Program-made: the position numbers and the translations under genes
In this document: piece by piece, positions 49,616-63,376 of the stretch
Layout of the letters: each line of letters starts with the position of its first letter
Numbering within the stretch: position 1 is the first letter of the stretch
Notes under the pieces: generated by a model
The model's input: only the letters and a program-made list of their open reading frames with translations
What the model was told of the DNA's origin: nothing
Database searches by the model: none
Assembly: GCA_951406725.2 (NCBI GenBank)
Contig: OX597826.1
Location: 71,734,001 to 71,798,000 of the forward strand
Length of the DNA stretch: 64,000 nt
Reading direction: 5' to 3'
Source of the DNA: Octopus vulgaris
Taxonomy: Eukaryota

Positions 49616-51401
49616 ATATATATATATATCATCATCATTTAGCGTCCGTTTTCCATGCTAGCATGGGTTGGACAGTTCAACTGGGGTCTGTGAAGCCGGA
49701 AGGCTGCATCAGGCCCAGTCTGATCTGGCAGTGTTTCTACGGCTGGATGCCCTTCCTAATGCCAACCACTCCGTGAGTGTAGTGGGTGCTTTTTACGTGC
49801 CACCCGCACAGGTGCCAGACGGAGCTGGCAAACGGCCACAAACGGATGGTGCTTTTACATGCCACCGGCACAGATGCCAGACGGGGTGGCGCCGGCAACA
49901 GCCACGATCGGATGGTTCGTGTAACCATAGCTGCAATTTCCACTGATGTTGATCGACCTCAAGTTTGGTTCTGCTTTCTGATATCTGATTTGATTTGGTT
50001 TGGATTTTGATTTTGATTGTTCTCACTGGTCTTGCCGGGTCTTCTCATGCACAGCATACTTCCATAGGTCTTGGTCTCTCTCTCTCTCTATATATATATA
50101 TATAAACACTGCCAGATCAGATTGGAGTCTGGTGCAGCCATCTGGTTCACCAGACCTCAGTCAAATCATCCAACCCACGCTAGCATGGAAAGCGGACATT
50201 AAATGACGATGATGATGATGATATATATATATATATATATATATATAAACATGCAAGTGTTGATTTTATTTTTGTGAATGAGTTTATATTTTCTATCAAC
50301 TTCACATGAATTTGCTGATTGTAAGCAACGATATAGATAATGTCCTTTCCTTGCAGTAACCACAGAAAGCATGTCCACCTGGTTTTTTTATATGTTGCAT
50401 GGTCTTTTTAGACAAAAGGTTCATTCAAACAGGATTGCATGTTTTCCCAGTTCATCACACAGCTATTGCTGTTCAACAAAGGAGGAGACCATTACCGTGC
50501 TTGAAAATAGGTGAGGGTTGCCAAGCGGAAGAGCATCCGATTGTATAAGGATGTGCTGAAAAGTTTCTGACTTAGGGTAAAAGAAAACACAGGAAGATCA
50601 GTTAATTATGATTTTATTCAACATATTCCCCTTTACACATTTATTGCAGCAGTCCTTCAGTTTTTCTAAGCCTTGTAAAAGAACTTAGAAAGCTGGGCCT
50701 CCAACCAAGGCCTTCATGATACCCTTAAAGCCAAGAACTTTTCAGCACCCCCTCGTAGACTATCCAACCACATTATACCTATTTCTTTACTATCCACAAG
50801 GGGCTAAACACAGAGAAGACAAACGGATTAAGTCGATTACATCGACCCCAATGTGTAACTGGTACTTAATTTATCAACCCCGAAATGATGAAAGGCAAAG
50901 TCGACCTTGGCGGAATTTGAACTCAGAACGTAATGGCAGACGAAATACAGCTACGCATTTTGCCTGGCATGCTAACGTTTCTGCCAGCTCGCCACCTTAT
51001 ATTTTTCTCCTGTTCTCCTCACCCTAGCATCTCTATCAGCTACTCCTGTTGCTTGCAGACCCCACTCTTCTCCATCCCTCTACCCATGATTCCTGTTTCA
51101 TCCACCCTTCAACCCAAACCATTTCGACAGTCTGCCTCCCCGCCTTTCATTCACTTTCCATGCAATCTTGCAAACCATCCACTTCTACACAGCTTCTGCT
51201 TTGAGGGACTCCCTAAGCCCCTTATCTCCGTTATCTATATCTTGCAGCGCCTACTAATTATTTTCTCATTCTTCCTGTTTTCCCTTACTAGACATGAACA
51301 GCTATGCACATCCCTCCGCAGGAAATGCTCTGCATACACCCCGCCTCTCATAGTAATCCCCTCACTCCCTAGCATGAAGTTGAACCCTCCCCCTGCATCT
51401 T

Positions 51402-52103
51402 TTACTTCTTTATTACCCACAAGGGGCTAAACACAGAGAGGACAAACAAGGACAGACAAACGGATTAAGTCGATTATATCGACTCCAGTGCATAACAGGT
51501 ACTTATTTAATCGACCCCAAAAGGATGAAGGGCAAAGTCGACCTCGGTGGAATTTGAACTCAGAACGTAGCGGCAGATGAAATACCTATTTCTTTATTAC
51601 CCACAAGGGGCTAAACACAGAGAGGACAAACGGATTAAGTCGATTATATCGACTCCAGTGTGTAACTGGTACTTCTTTAATCGACCCCGAAAGGATGAAG
51701 TGCAAAGTCGACCTCGGTGGAATTTGAACTCAGAACGTAGCGGCAGATGAAATACCTATTTATTACCCACAAGGGGCTAAACACAGAGAGGACAAACGGA
51801 TTAAGTCGATTATATCGACTCCAGTGTGTAACTGGTACTTCTTTAATCGACCCCGAAAGGATGAAGGGCAAAGTCAACCTCGGTGGAATTTGAACTCAGA
51901 ACGTAGCGGCAGATGAAATACCTATTTCTTTAGTACCCACAAGGGGCTAAACACAGAGAGGACAAACAAGGACAAACGGATTAAGTCGATTATATCGACT
52001 CCAGGTACTTATTTAATCAACCCCGAAAGGATGAAGGGCAAAGTCAACCTCGGTGGAATTTGAACTCAGAACGTAGCGGCAAATGAAATACTGATGCTAA
52101 GCA
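51402..52103 (-). repeat. Family B SINE tandem tetramer (period about 166-184 bp)
   Basis: Junction GAAATACCTATTT at ~51580, ~51750 and ~51915. Confidence 0.9.
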
Positions 52104-52721
52104 TCTTCTCCAGGGCTTGTAGACCTGCGAACTGCATGACAACCTCAATAGTGCAGGTGGGATGAAAAAAATTACCTTGTCTGTGTTGTAAAGCGATGCA
52201 CATTAGGAAGGGTATCCAGCCGTAAAAGCCAAGCCAAATCAGTCGCTGGAGCACGATGCAAACCCCTGAGACACATCAGATCCTGTCAAACTGTCCAACC
52301 CATGCCAGCATGGAAAGTGGACGTTCAATGATGTTTTTTTATATATATATTCTTTTATTTGTTTCAGTCCTTTGACTGCAGCCATGCTGGAGCACCGCCT
52401 TTAGTTGAACAAATCGACTCCAGGACTTATTCTTTGTAAGCCTAGTACTTATACTATCGGTTCTTTTTGCCGAACAGCTAAGTTACAAGGACATAAACAC
52501 AGCAACATCGGTGTCAAGCAATGATGGGGGGAACAAAGACACACACACATATATATATGCGACGGGCTTCTTTCAGTTTCCGTCTACCAAATCCACTCAC
52601 AAGGCTTTGGTCGGCCCGAGGCTATAGTAGAAGACACTAGCCCAAGGTGCCACGCAGTGGGACTGAACCCGGAACTATGTGGTTGGAAAGCAAGCTTCTT
52701 ACCATATAGCCACCCTGCGCT

Positions 52722-52781
<60 letters not shown>

Positions 52782-53246
52782 CCCGTATATATATATATAT
52801 GTATATATATATATAAATCTACGTTCGCATATATATATATATATTTGCATACATATATATATATATATGTATGCATATATATATATGTACACACAAATTT
52901 ATATCTACATACACGTCTATGTATGTATATATACATGTATGTGCGTGTGTTCGTACACTTGTACATATGCCATGCTTTTATTTGCTAGAACACATCCTTA
53001 GTGAATCGATATGATTCTCTAGGGAGATAAATGTTAATGCATGACATTCTATATCCTTTCTGATGGTGGCCATCCATCTGAGGTAGATTCACAATTTGAT
53101 CGATCCAAATAGCTATCTGGCCTTGGCTACGAAATGCGAAACTCGTCACAAAAAGAATTGCAGTATGTGGTTTCATAATTATGCATTGGATCATACATAC
53201 ACACAAACACACCCACATAGTTGTCGCAAATAAATTTTTATTATAC

Positions 53247-54251
53247 CTTGTCAAGTTGTGCAGCTACCACGTGGACTTCGTAATCTGAAGTGTGTAGAAT
53301 AGGCGAGGAACATTCATAACCCTTGTATAGAGTGGTCAGACTAGAAAAACTGGTTTCTGGCTGAGGAATGTTGAAACACCTCAAAAGCTTCCCGTTGTGA
53401 ACTTCCATCAGATATCTTTCCTCTGTAAATACAAACATTCGAACCTGTAATGTATCGGCCCACTCGTTCGATCCTTGCTGTTTAGCTTTAATAGACATTG
53501 AACAGTGAGTAATAAAAAGGTGTTGAATGGTCGCTGAATGGGCCAAAGGTAAGATTCGAGAAATGTCGATGGTTTGAAATGAATTAAAGCTTTGATTGAA
53601 CATCACACCGAAATATTCTGATTTCTTTCTGTTTTTGTGTTTGTCGAAAACATGACCGATTATAAGTGACATGTTAATTAAATCATAACAACAAAGTAAT
53701 TTAAAGTTGTTATAAGAACGTTCTGGGTATAACAAACGATCCAGGCGGACTGTTTTCAACTCTAGCTCGTAACTCGCATCGGACGAAAGAGCAAGCTGTA
53801 GTTGGGAGTCTGAAATCCACATTAAACTAGGCCCATCCACAAGCTGTACATTCTCACACATCGATTTGATCTTAGATGTGACAGCCAATTCAGGTTGTTT
53901 AGTGTCAATAACATAATGTCTTAACGGAAGCAGTTTATCAGAGCAGTAAGACACGATAATAAAAGTCACTTGTTGCTCTCCTAAGCACTGCAAAAATGCA
54001 CACGTAATAGTTTTACCCGTAGAGATCTCTTTAATGTTTTCTGCGCTAATTATCGTCCATTCTCCGATGGAAGGTAAGGATAAATTACAAAGACTATGTC
54101 TCGATAATGACAACTGTTGGCAGTTGCTAGAAGTGGATTTGCAGTATTCAAAACGATAAGTTTCATCGTTTAAATTAGAAATAAATGTATCAATGGTAAA
54201 ATTATGGATAATTCCCTCTTCTGAAGCAACGATATTTTGACAGGAAGTCAT
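53247..54251 (-). CDS. FANCB: FANCB coding exon 1 (N-terminal beta-propeller region, 335 codons)
   Basis: ORF from ATG 54251 (MTSCQNIV...). Motifs VQLVDGPSLMW, ILPLAHSATIQHLFI and VRMFVFTEERYLMEVHNGK resemble human FANCB LRVLNGPLILW, IIPPAYSSVVTYVHI and ISLIALTRKNQLISFQNGT (recalled). Ends at AAG|GTATAA donor, phase 0. Confidence 0.85.
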
Positions 54252-54456
54252 CGAAATGATATTAGAATAAATAAAGAACGAATTATGATGCACAACGAGT
54301 GAAGGCGAATGAAAAGTGTCGCACAATTAGGACAATCTGAATTTTGCGCGTAAATTCACGTTACCGGATGTAAGGGGAGATAATTGCTGGAGAGTGACTA
54401 GTATGAAGATAAAAAAGGTCGCAGCGCTTTTTTATTCCTGAAATTAGTGATCAGAA
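54252..54456. promoter_or_regulatory. Putative bidirectional promoter/5'UTRs shared by FANCB and 14-3-3 epsilon
   Basis: 205 bp between divergent ATGs. Contains an E2F-like TTTTGCGCG within the near-palindrome 54339-54357, an ETS-like ACCGGATGT at 54363-54371, and a YY1-like AAATGGCG over the 14-3-3 ATG. Confidence 0.6.
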
Positions 54457-55242
54457 ATGGCGGACAGGGAGGAACTAGTTTATATGGCCAAACTGGCTGA
54501 ACAAGCTGAAAGGTACGACGAAATGGTGAGCAATATGAAAAGCGTTGCGAACCAAGGTACAGAGCTGTCGGTAGAAGAACGTAACCTTTTGTCTGTTGCT
54601 TATAAAAATGTTATAGGAGCTCGGCGGGCCTCTTGGCGAATCATAAGTAGCTTGGAGCAAAAGGAAGATTCGAAAGGCAACGAACAACGTCTCCGTTTGA
54701 TTCGCAGTTACCGGGAAAATATTGAAATTGAACTGAAGAAAATCTGCGAGGATGTTCTCGATGTTCTCGACAAACAATTGCTGCCAATAGCCAGTTCTGG
54801 AGAGTCGAATGTATTTTACTTTAAAATGAAAGGCGATTATCATCGTTATCTGGCGGAATTCGCAATTGGTGATGACAGAAAAGAGACTGCCGATGAAAGT
54901 CTGAAAGCTTACAAACGTGCTAGCGATATTGCTGCAAACGAGCTCACCTCTACGCATCCGATCCGACTTGGTTTGGCGCTCAATTTCTCCGTGTTCTACT
55001 ATGAAACTCTTAGTAACCCCATGAGAGCCTGCGCCTTGGCTAAAACCGCCTTCGATGAAGCTATTGCTGAGCTGGACACACTCAGCGAAGAAAGCTACAA
55101 AGATTCCACGCTCATCATGCAGCTCCTTCGGGATAATCTCACCTTGTGGACATCGGACATGCAGACCGAGGAATGTGACCAGAAGGCTGACCCGAAAGGG
55201 GAACAGCCACAGGATGGAGGAGATCCTGCGCCAGAAGCTTAA
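54457..55242 (+). CDS. YWHAE: 14-3-3 protein epsilon-type, single coding exon, 261 aa
   Basis: Canonical 14-3-3 sequence ([86 protein letters not shown]). NVIG, DYHRY and TSDMQ are epsilon-type. Confidence 0.96.
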   Translation: MADREELVYMAKLAEQAERYDEMVSNMKSVANQGTELSVEERNLLSVAYKNVIGARRASWRIISSLEQKEDSKGNEQRLRLIRSYRENIEIELKKICEDVLDVLDKQLLPIASSGESNVFYFKMKGDYHRYLAEFAIGDDRKETADESLKAYKRASDIAANELTSTHPIRLGLALNFSVFYYETLSNPMRACALAKTAFDEAIAELDTLSEESYKDSTLIMQLLRDNLTLWTSDMQTEECDQKADPKGEQPQDGGDPAPEA

Positions 55243-55930
55243 TGGAAAAAAAAAAAAAAAAAAAGAAATTTGTCGTAAAGTTTCTTTCGTTGATAAGAAA
55301 AAAAAAAAAAAGAAAGAAAAAAACGAAACAGCTTTATAAGAACAGCAACAGCCAAGGTCCCCCTTACTACTACTACTACTACGATAACTACTACTAGTAG
55401 TCTACTTTGAACTAATTATATACATACACACACAGACACTCACATATATATATACACACATTAAGTAGTAGTCTAGCTGTTTCTTCTCTTTCCTCATTAC
55501 ATCTCTTTAAACATCTTTCTTTCTCTACTATGTCTGTCTGTCTCTGTCTCTCTCTGTCCCTTGCTGCTGCTGGGGCTGTACCTTCTATACCCCACTTTAC
55601 ACCGTAAAATAGTCGGCTGTTGCAGCAGTAAACCGAGCAGAAACAGTAACAAAACAACAACAACAACAACACAAAATATCAGAGAAAAGAAGACAAAAAA
55701 AAAAAATTGAAAAAAAAGTCAAAGGAAAAAAAAAACAAACAAAAAACAACAAAAAAAAAAAAAACAATTCAATTTCCAGAAAGAAGAAGAAAACGCAAGG
55801 ATCAATGTAGTCTCGTCTTTGAAACATAATTTCATCATTTATCTTTCTCTTCTCTGTCATATATCTATATATATATGTGTCTCTATATATATATATATAA
55901 ATCTTTTTTGCTGTATTGTTTCTGTATTGA

Positions 55931-55962
<32 letters not shown>

Positions 55963-55965
55963 CTA

Positions 55966-56003
<38 letters not shown>

Positions 56004-59000
56004 ATATTATCGGTATAAAAGTGACCAAACTACCTAGTTGTGTCTGCCGTTCATCATTTCCTCTTTTCATTTCCAACATAACCTCACACACACACACAGA
56101 CACACACACACAATATCAGAGTAATGTCCTCCTCTTCATATCTTTGCTACCATTCATTTTCATTTGATTTTTATTGAATGTCAAATTTAAGTCGTGATTA
56201 CTATGATACTACTACTACTACTACTAGCAGCAATGATGATAATAATAATGATAATTAATTAATAAGGTGTCTTCTTAATAGCCACAAGGACGTCGTCGAC
56301 TGAGGGACAATTTTTTACAAGGCAGGACAAAGATTTGCTGGTAGACACTTATTATACACTCTACTCTACTCTACTCAGACCTAAAACTGAATTAAATGGA
56401 ATTTTTCAAACAATAATTGTTTAACGATTCTTAAATATTTCTAAGACAACGGTAAGGATCGATAATTTAGTTTGTTACAACAATTGTTCAAGAAAAATTA
56501 ATTTAAATAATTGAATATTTTCTAGTGCTTTAGACTTTATTACTTGCATAAAAATGGTCTTTTCAACCCGTATTTTATTTGTAATTTTTTTTTCCTCTTA
56601 TTTGTTAACTAAGCCACTTTTTTTTACTTCAGATTGACAATTATAAGGTGAGAATTTGTATTTTTTTTTTGTTTTGTTTGTTTGTTTAATTAAAGAACTA
56701 AGCTAATAAGGAGAGGAGGGGGTCAAAAAGGGCGTGGCAAGATCTTAGGATTAATTTTTTTTTTATTTAATTCAATTGAAGGGAGAAATTGTCTTGTTAA
56801 TTTGTCTTATTGTTTATAATTCTGTTGAGAAATACGCTCGAAAAAAATTATTTATTATGAAGATAGGATTTTCAGGCTCCTGTGCCGCCCACACCATGTG
56901 AAGCAACACCACATAATGAATGTGTATGCATGCAATCCGAATGATAGAGGCCTTACTTATATTCATATATAATATGTGTAATAAGCATTATTTATACAAA
57001 GTATATATTACATATGTTGAATTACTTAATTTAAAAGCGATCATTTTTCTTTTAATTAAATGTTCCGCTCAGTGCGTTATTATATATAGATATAGATATA
57101 TAATGGATAGGTGTTGATCTAGCTTAGTGTGTGCGTGTGTTGATTGTAGTAGCAAATCCAGCGAGATATGTTGAGTAGAGATGTTATTTTAATTAATGCT
57201 GCCGCCACTCTAGTCATCATCGTCACCACCATCACCTGTGGGATTTTTGTTTTCCCTCGCTAGTAGTAATACTAGTATTGTAGCAGCAGTAGTATTCAAA
57301 TCTGCTACTACTGCTGCTAATACTATTCAGTGATGTGAGGATAATTTAGCATTTAAGTATGTATATGTGTGTGTGCGTGTATATATGTGTATGTACATAT
57401 ATATAGTGGCCATTTTTACGATTACCCGTCTTTTTTCTTAATTGTGCGGTCATTCTATTGGAAATTACAAAATGTATTCCTCTTCCTCACATATATTGGA
57501 ATTATAATGATCGTCTTAACGATCTTTTTCCTCGACCATTTCTTTCTTCCTTCCCCCCGCCACTATTTTTGGATTTATTCATGGAAATCCACACACACAC
57601 ATATATATATATATGTATGTATGTATAATAATGTGTGTGTGTGATAATGATAGTATATTTCCTCCTTTAGTCCGCCTCCCCCCCTTCTCTGTTGGTCATT
57701 TTTCCTCGCTCGGAAATTACAGTAAAGCAAAGCAACACGTGATGATGATGATGATTACGCTGATGATGATGATGAGTAATAGCTACCACCACCGTTAATT
57801 GATAACACACGATGATGGTGTATTCGAGCACGAGATCAATTATTATTGGGAGAGTAGGGTGGTGATGGGTGATCTATATACATACATATATATATTAGTC
57901 TCTTAAATGGACCTCAATACATAACTGATAATTTATTAAACCTCCGGTCGGATGACAGTTGTCCGTTTGGAAACCAAGAAAGACGTAGATATAGATAGGA
58001 CCGAAATACATTTGTTCGTCCTGCGATGTCTCGTATTAATAGCTTTTAACTACGATAATTATAATTTCCAAGAGCTCGGTTACAGGTGGGAAGAATAAGA
58101 TTTTGTGACGTTTATTCTTTGTTTAAAGGCCGTTAATAGTGCACGTGAAGTGATACGGTTTTTCGGCCAAGAATAGAACTTGGTCGTTGTGGCGGTTTTT
58201 CTGCGGCTCATTTTCCCCTCACAATACCGCATTGATTCGAGATTTAACCTAGTGAATAAATAATTCGTTTATTTTTTTAGAGACGATTCCAAGTATCTAA
58301 CGAGAGATGGACTAAATCCAAGCTTTGGGAGATTCTAAATAGCAATTAGAAATTCCAAAGAAATAAGGTGCAGCCTTCTGCTGAGAATTAGTAATTAGGT
58401 TTACGTTGTCGCTCTAAACTACATCGCTGCAGCAGAGGAAAGAAGGCAAGAACTAACCCCATTTGTTTAAAAAAAGAATCTCAAGTCCCCGTTACCCCTT
58501 TTTTTTTTACTAGTGCTACTTTAATAAACGATTTCTTTTGACTAGGTGAGGTAACTGGTTTTTTTATAATTTTTTTTTTTATATATGTAGTGGGAGTGGA
58601 TATATTTCATTGGAACAACCATCTTTTAACACTGGTATCATCGTCATTATCGAATAGAGAAAGAAAAAAAAATTAGGCAAGGTCGATTTCGATGGAATTT
58701 GAACTCTAAAAATGTAATAATGCTTTCTTTATTTACCAGGCACAAAGGCTTCTGTTCTGGGGTGGGGACAGCGAATGCGTCGGACTTCTGAACGCACGCG
58801 CAACAAGTAAAACGAGCAGAAATGAATTTAGAATTGAATAATAATTAGGAAACCGTCTATGTGGTCCTCTCGATCGGCTAGAAATACTAGCTAAATGGAC
58901 CTCAAAAACACACTCATCGGTTGCGAATGCACTGGTGGATGGTGACGTCTATAATCTATAAGAATTCCTAACCATATCGAGCTTAAACGATTTTATATAA

Positions 59001-61526
59001 TCCTTGTAGTTTAGTGAAAAAGACAGGATGTGGTGATGCTAATGCCTTCTCTGAGGTATTACGGTATCGATCAAGACCAATTTTACATCAATTCAGAATG
59101 GAAATCGGGTTGCAAAATCGACTTTCCAATAAATTATCTTAGTAATAAAGGCGTATGACCGTCGCATCATCGAACGTTTTAGTCATCTCCGTCTTATATC
59201 TTGCTTGGCTATGATTTAAATTTTGTCATGTAGCTCTAAATAATATGTAATTTTAATTAAATTGCTATTTACGTCACCCGTGAGTTCGATTCCTGCTGAG
59301 GTTCACTTTATCGTCATCTTTCCAACATTTTATACAATAATCACTGTTCAAACATTGTGATCGATTTTAATGTCTGTTTCCCCCTCCACACACGCAAACA
59401 ATTGTCGCCTTGCACCAATGTTGAAAATCATTAAATCCTAAATGTCAGAAATATGTATTTCTATGTGTACGAGCATCTGTGGTTGTGTATAATTATGTAT
59501 ATGTGTACTTTAGACAGTGTGTATAGAGATGTTTGATTTTGTGTTTTCGTGTATACTATTATATATATATATATCCGTGTTTGTGAGTGTGTGTGTACTT
59601 TTTTTAATCTTATTTCAGTCATTTTCGACTTGAAGAGTTTTAGTCAAACGAATCGACTCAAGGTCTTATTTTTAGAAGCCTAGTACTTTTTCTATCGGTC
59701 TCTTTTGCCGAACCGCTATGTTACGGGGACGTAAACAAACCAACACCGATTGGCAAACGGTATTGGGGGACAAATGCACATATATATATGTGTGTGTAAC
59801 TTTGTCCTTTTTTGTAGACATTCGCTGCTTTCTTCCAAGGAATCTAATGCTCTTAGCTTAGTTTTTTCCTTGGGGCTGTCCAGATTGGAGCAATCTCGAG
59901 AATAATCAGCCGAAATTGCGACGATAATCTGGTGCTTGACTGAGGATAGAGGGCTTCGAATGACCCGTCCTTGTGGGGTTTTTTGTATCATCTATCTGGA
60001 TGATTTGCGATCTTGTCCCATTTTGTATTTTATATATATATACACGACAGGCTTCATTCAGTTTCCGTCTACCCTCTCGGCTATAATTGAAGACACTTGC
60101 CCAAGATACTCGCAGTGCACTGAACCTAGAACCATGTGATTGTGAGGCAAACCTCGTACCACACGGCCACGCATATTTTTTAAAAATTTGTATATATTAC
60201 ATGATGGCTGCTCACTGGCTTTCACAGAAGACTGACACCTTATATAAGCCACCAGTATTATTCAAATTAGTTGCTATGTGCTTTCAAATCGTCAGTTCTA
60301 TACGTGTTGCTAATTTTCCTATAAACGTAGGACATAACATATATATTTATATTAAAAAAAATAGGGAACAAAGTCAATAATATCCAAGAAGAATTTTGGA
60401 TCCAATAAGGCTTGTTCAACACCCCATAGATACTCTACCCTACTAGCATAACCCACAGGCAAGCATGAACAAGTTATCTGGTGTTAATAAGTGTTGCAAT
60501 CTCTTGGTACTTAACCCTTCTACTATTCAGATTACTCTGTCAAATGAATGCTTATTTATTCACAGTTTTGAAATTGGATCATGCAATATCTCATAGCTTC
60601 AAGGTTTCGATGATGTGGTGGTTTATTTATAGAATGGCATTGTAGGGCGTGTATGAGAGGCCAAATCTGGCTGGTTCGAACGTAAAACGCTTTAAAATAT
60701 TTGGGTCAGTTACGGCTGGTTTAAATGCTAAGGAGTTTCAAAGGAGCAGAAACTTTTCCCCCAGAAGAGTTGATGTTATATGAGAGTAACATCCCAAGAC
60801 ATCATTCCAAGACACGGCTAACTTACACAAACGGACTAGCAGTATGGTTAGGAGACTGGAACCCATATGTAAATATTGACCCTGTGTTACTTTCAACGTT
60901 CTGTTTTATATGTGGCTGTCCCGATGGAATTAATTTCACTCTCCTCCCCGGGGCTACATTGACCCCAAACTGTTCTATAATTATATAATATGCATACATG
61001 TAATATCTGGGTGTATATATAATATATTGGGTTACTTAGTGATTTCCATGATAAGCCTGCGTATCTGTACATGTCTGTGCATATGTAATTCCTCATGGAG
61101 ATGTGCAGGTGCATAGATATGTATGTACATATCTGTAGAAGTGTGTGCATATATATGTATGAACATATACATGTGTATGTTTATATATGGATATTTATGC
61201 ATTAATAGATGTGTGTGTGTATATATATGTATTGATAGAAATATCTGAAGATATACATGAAAAGATGTATGTAAATATGTATAATGATGTATGTGGGTGT
61301 ATATACACATACATCCAAAAATATGTATACATGTATAATAATTTATAAGTATACATGTGTGTATATAAATGTCTGGATATATATGTGAACCTTTTTCAGT
61401 TACTATCTACCAAGGCAAGGTTTCCATTGGCCTAGGATTATAGTAGATATTTGCCCAAGGTGCCACATGTAGGGACTGAACCTAAAGACATGGTTGAGAG
61501 GCAAACTTAACATCTACACCTGTGCG

Positions 61527-61560
<34 letters not shown>

Positions 61561-62119
61561 ATCTTGTTTCAGTTAAATTGTAGTCATGTTGGGGGATCCC
61601 CCCCCCCCTGAAGAATTTTTAGTCTAATGAATTGACCCCAGCACAATCGTCCACACACGTGCACACACACACAACAAGCTTCTTTCAGTTTCTGTCTACC
61701 AAATCCACTCACATGACTTTGGCCTGAGGCTATAGAAGAAGACACTTGCCTAAGGTGTCACATAGACTGAAGCTGGAACCATGTGGGTGGAAGGGTTTCC
61801 ACCAAACCTGAAGGCTATGTTGCACTCCAGTGCCGGCTTTGGCAAAGTTTTTTTTCCTGTTGGGAATCAATCACTTTACAGAGTGTACTGTGTAATTTTC
61901 TTTTTGGTTGTATTTGCACTTTATGAGGTTACCAAGTAACTTAAAAGACAGGGGAAGTGACCATGTGACGGGTGGATTGATTAGTAGGACAGGAACAGGT
62001 GTCTTTGCTATGTGGAAGATACGTGGCAGCCTCAGAAAAAGAAAAGATGGTCAGGAAGAGGCTGAGCCATTACAAAGAAGAAAACTAATAAGCTGTAAAT
62101 GATGTGCAACAACAAATCA

Positions 62120-62430
62120 GTCGGCAATTGTGCTTGTCGGTGGTGCCCCATACAGTCTAGCACCCCCAGATCTCAACCTGTTGGGTCCAATGGAAAAACA
62201 GCCTGCCATTGTGAAAGATTTATAAGTGCAAGTAGCAGCAAAGGAATGGGTACAACAATACATGCCTGAATATCTGAATATTTTCAAAGAGAATGTGAGA
62301 GTTGAGTTCAACAAAGTAGCAAATATATCATTTGCTATGGAGATTATGCTGAGTGTGTAGAAGAAACATTCTATCAACGTGTGGAATTTCAATATCTAAT
62401 GTCAGTTGGTAATAAAAAAAGGTTATGGCC
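62120..62430 (+). mobile_element. Old mariner transposase C-terminal remnant
   Basis: PYS.APPDLNLLGPM and ...GDYAE fragments. Confidence 0.5.
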
Positions 62431-63185
62431 ACCTTAGCATTACTGAAACAAGTAAAGGATATATATATATATATTTCCTCAATACAAAGGCTGCTTGTTT
62501 CTCTGGGATTGGTCTAATTGATGTAGACACCTGGTGAAACCCAATAAGGTTTACAAATTAAGGCTGTTCATATTTTGAATCTATGATGAAATAGCTGAAT
62601 TTGCCATATATATATATATATATATATATAGTTAATCCAAACACGAGCAAAGAGAAAACAATGCGAGGACGTGGAACAAGTATAGTGTTATTGGACGCTC
62701 AGTAAAGGGAAGATGGAGAAAGAAAATCGCCAATGATACACATGTGGTCACATATATATTACCATGACCAACCAGGCTATCAGATGTTGCTAAACATCGC
62801 TGGTCACAATGCGCTTTGCATTGTTTTAGCCTTCAAATGACGCCACCCCGCTGGCTAAGCGAGCAGGCCAACAGAAGAAAGTTGTGGCAAAAGAGTACAG
62901 CAGGGATTGCCCACCCCCTGCCTGAGCCTCGTGGAGATTTAGGTGTAGAAAGTTAGTCAGCTTCAAGCAGTCTGTAGAAGGTATAAAAAACAACCTTCAG
63001 GAACAATAATTTATTGGCGTAAAAGGTTGTAGGTTTTTCTCATATTGAAGTTTGATAAGCTGAAAAAAGTTTTTTTATAGTTCACAGTTAGCAACTAGGG
63101 TTGCTATGAATGCGAATAAAAGTCCAAATTGAGGGAGTGGAGCAGTTAAAATACAGGTTACATTTGTTCTCTAGCAGAACCTCGG

Positions 63186-63376
63186 AAGTAATAATTACTC
63201 AACAAGGGGTACTCCATTACTCATCAGGCCAAAGATACCCTAGTTAAATGAGGGTTGCATTGTCATCAAGGGATCCTAACTCCGGCAAGTTAACTTAGGG
63301 TCCCTTAACAACAATGTAACCTTCATTTAACTAGGATCTCTTCAGCTTGATGAGTTACATATTGTAATTATTACTT
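63186..63376. repeat. Imperfect inverted repeat
   Basis: Arms ~63219-63279 and ~63295-63355, plus an outer 13-bp pair at 63186-63198 and 63364-63376. Confidence 0.8.

Noticed and set aside
51402-52103. Regular array resembling CRISPR or satellite DNA
   Set aside because: Units are whole SINE bodies with no unique spacers, in a eukaryotic context.
54252-54326. ORF-track extension of the FANCB first exon to 54326
   Set aside because: It begins at TTG; the first ATG (54251) gives an N-terminus comparable to FANCB.
54475-54957. 160-aa antisense ORF within 14-3-3
   Set aside because: Shadow ORF of the real CDS with no recognisable features.
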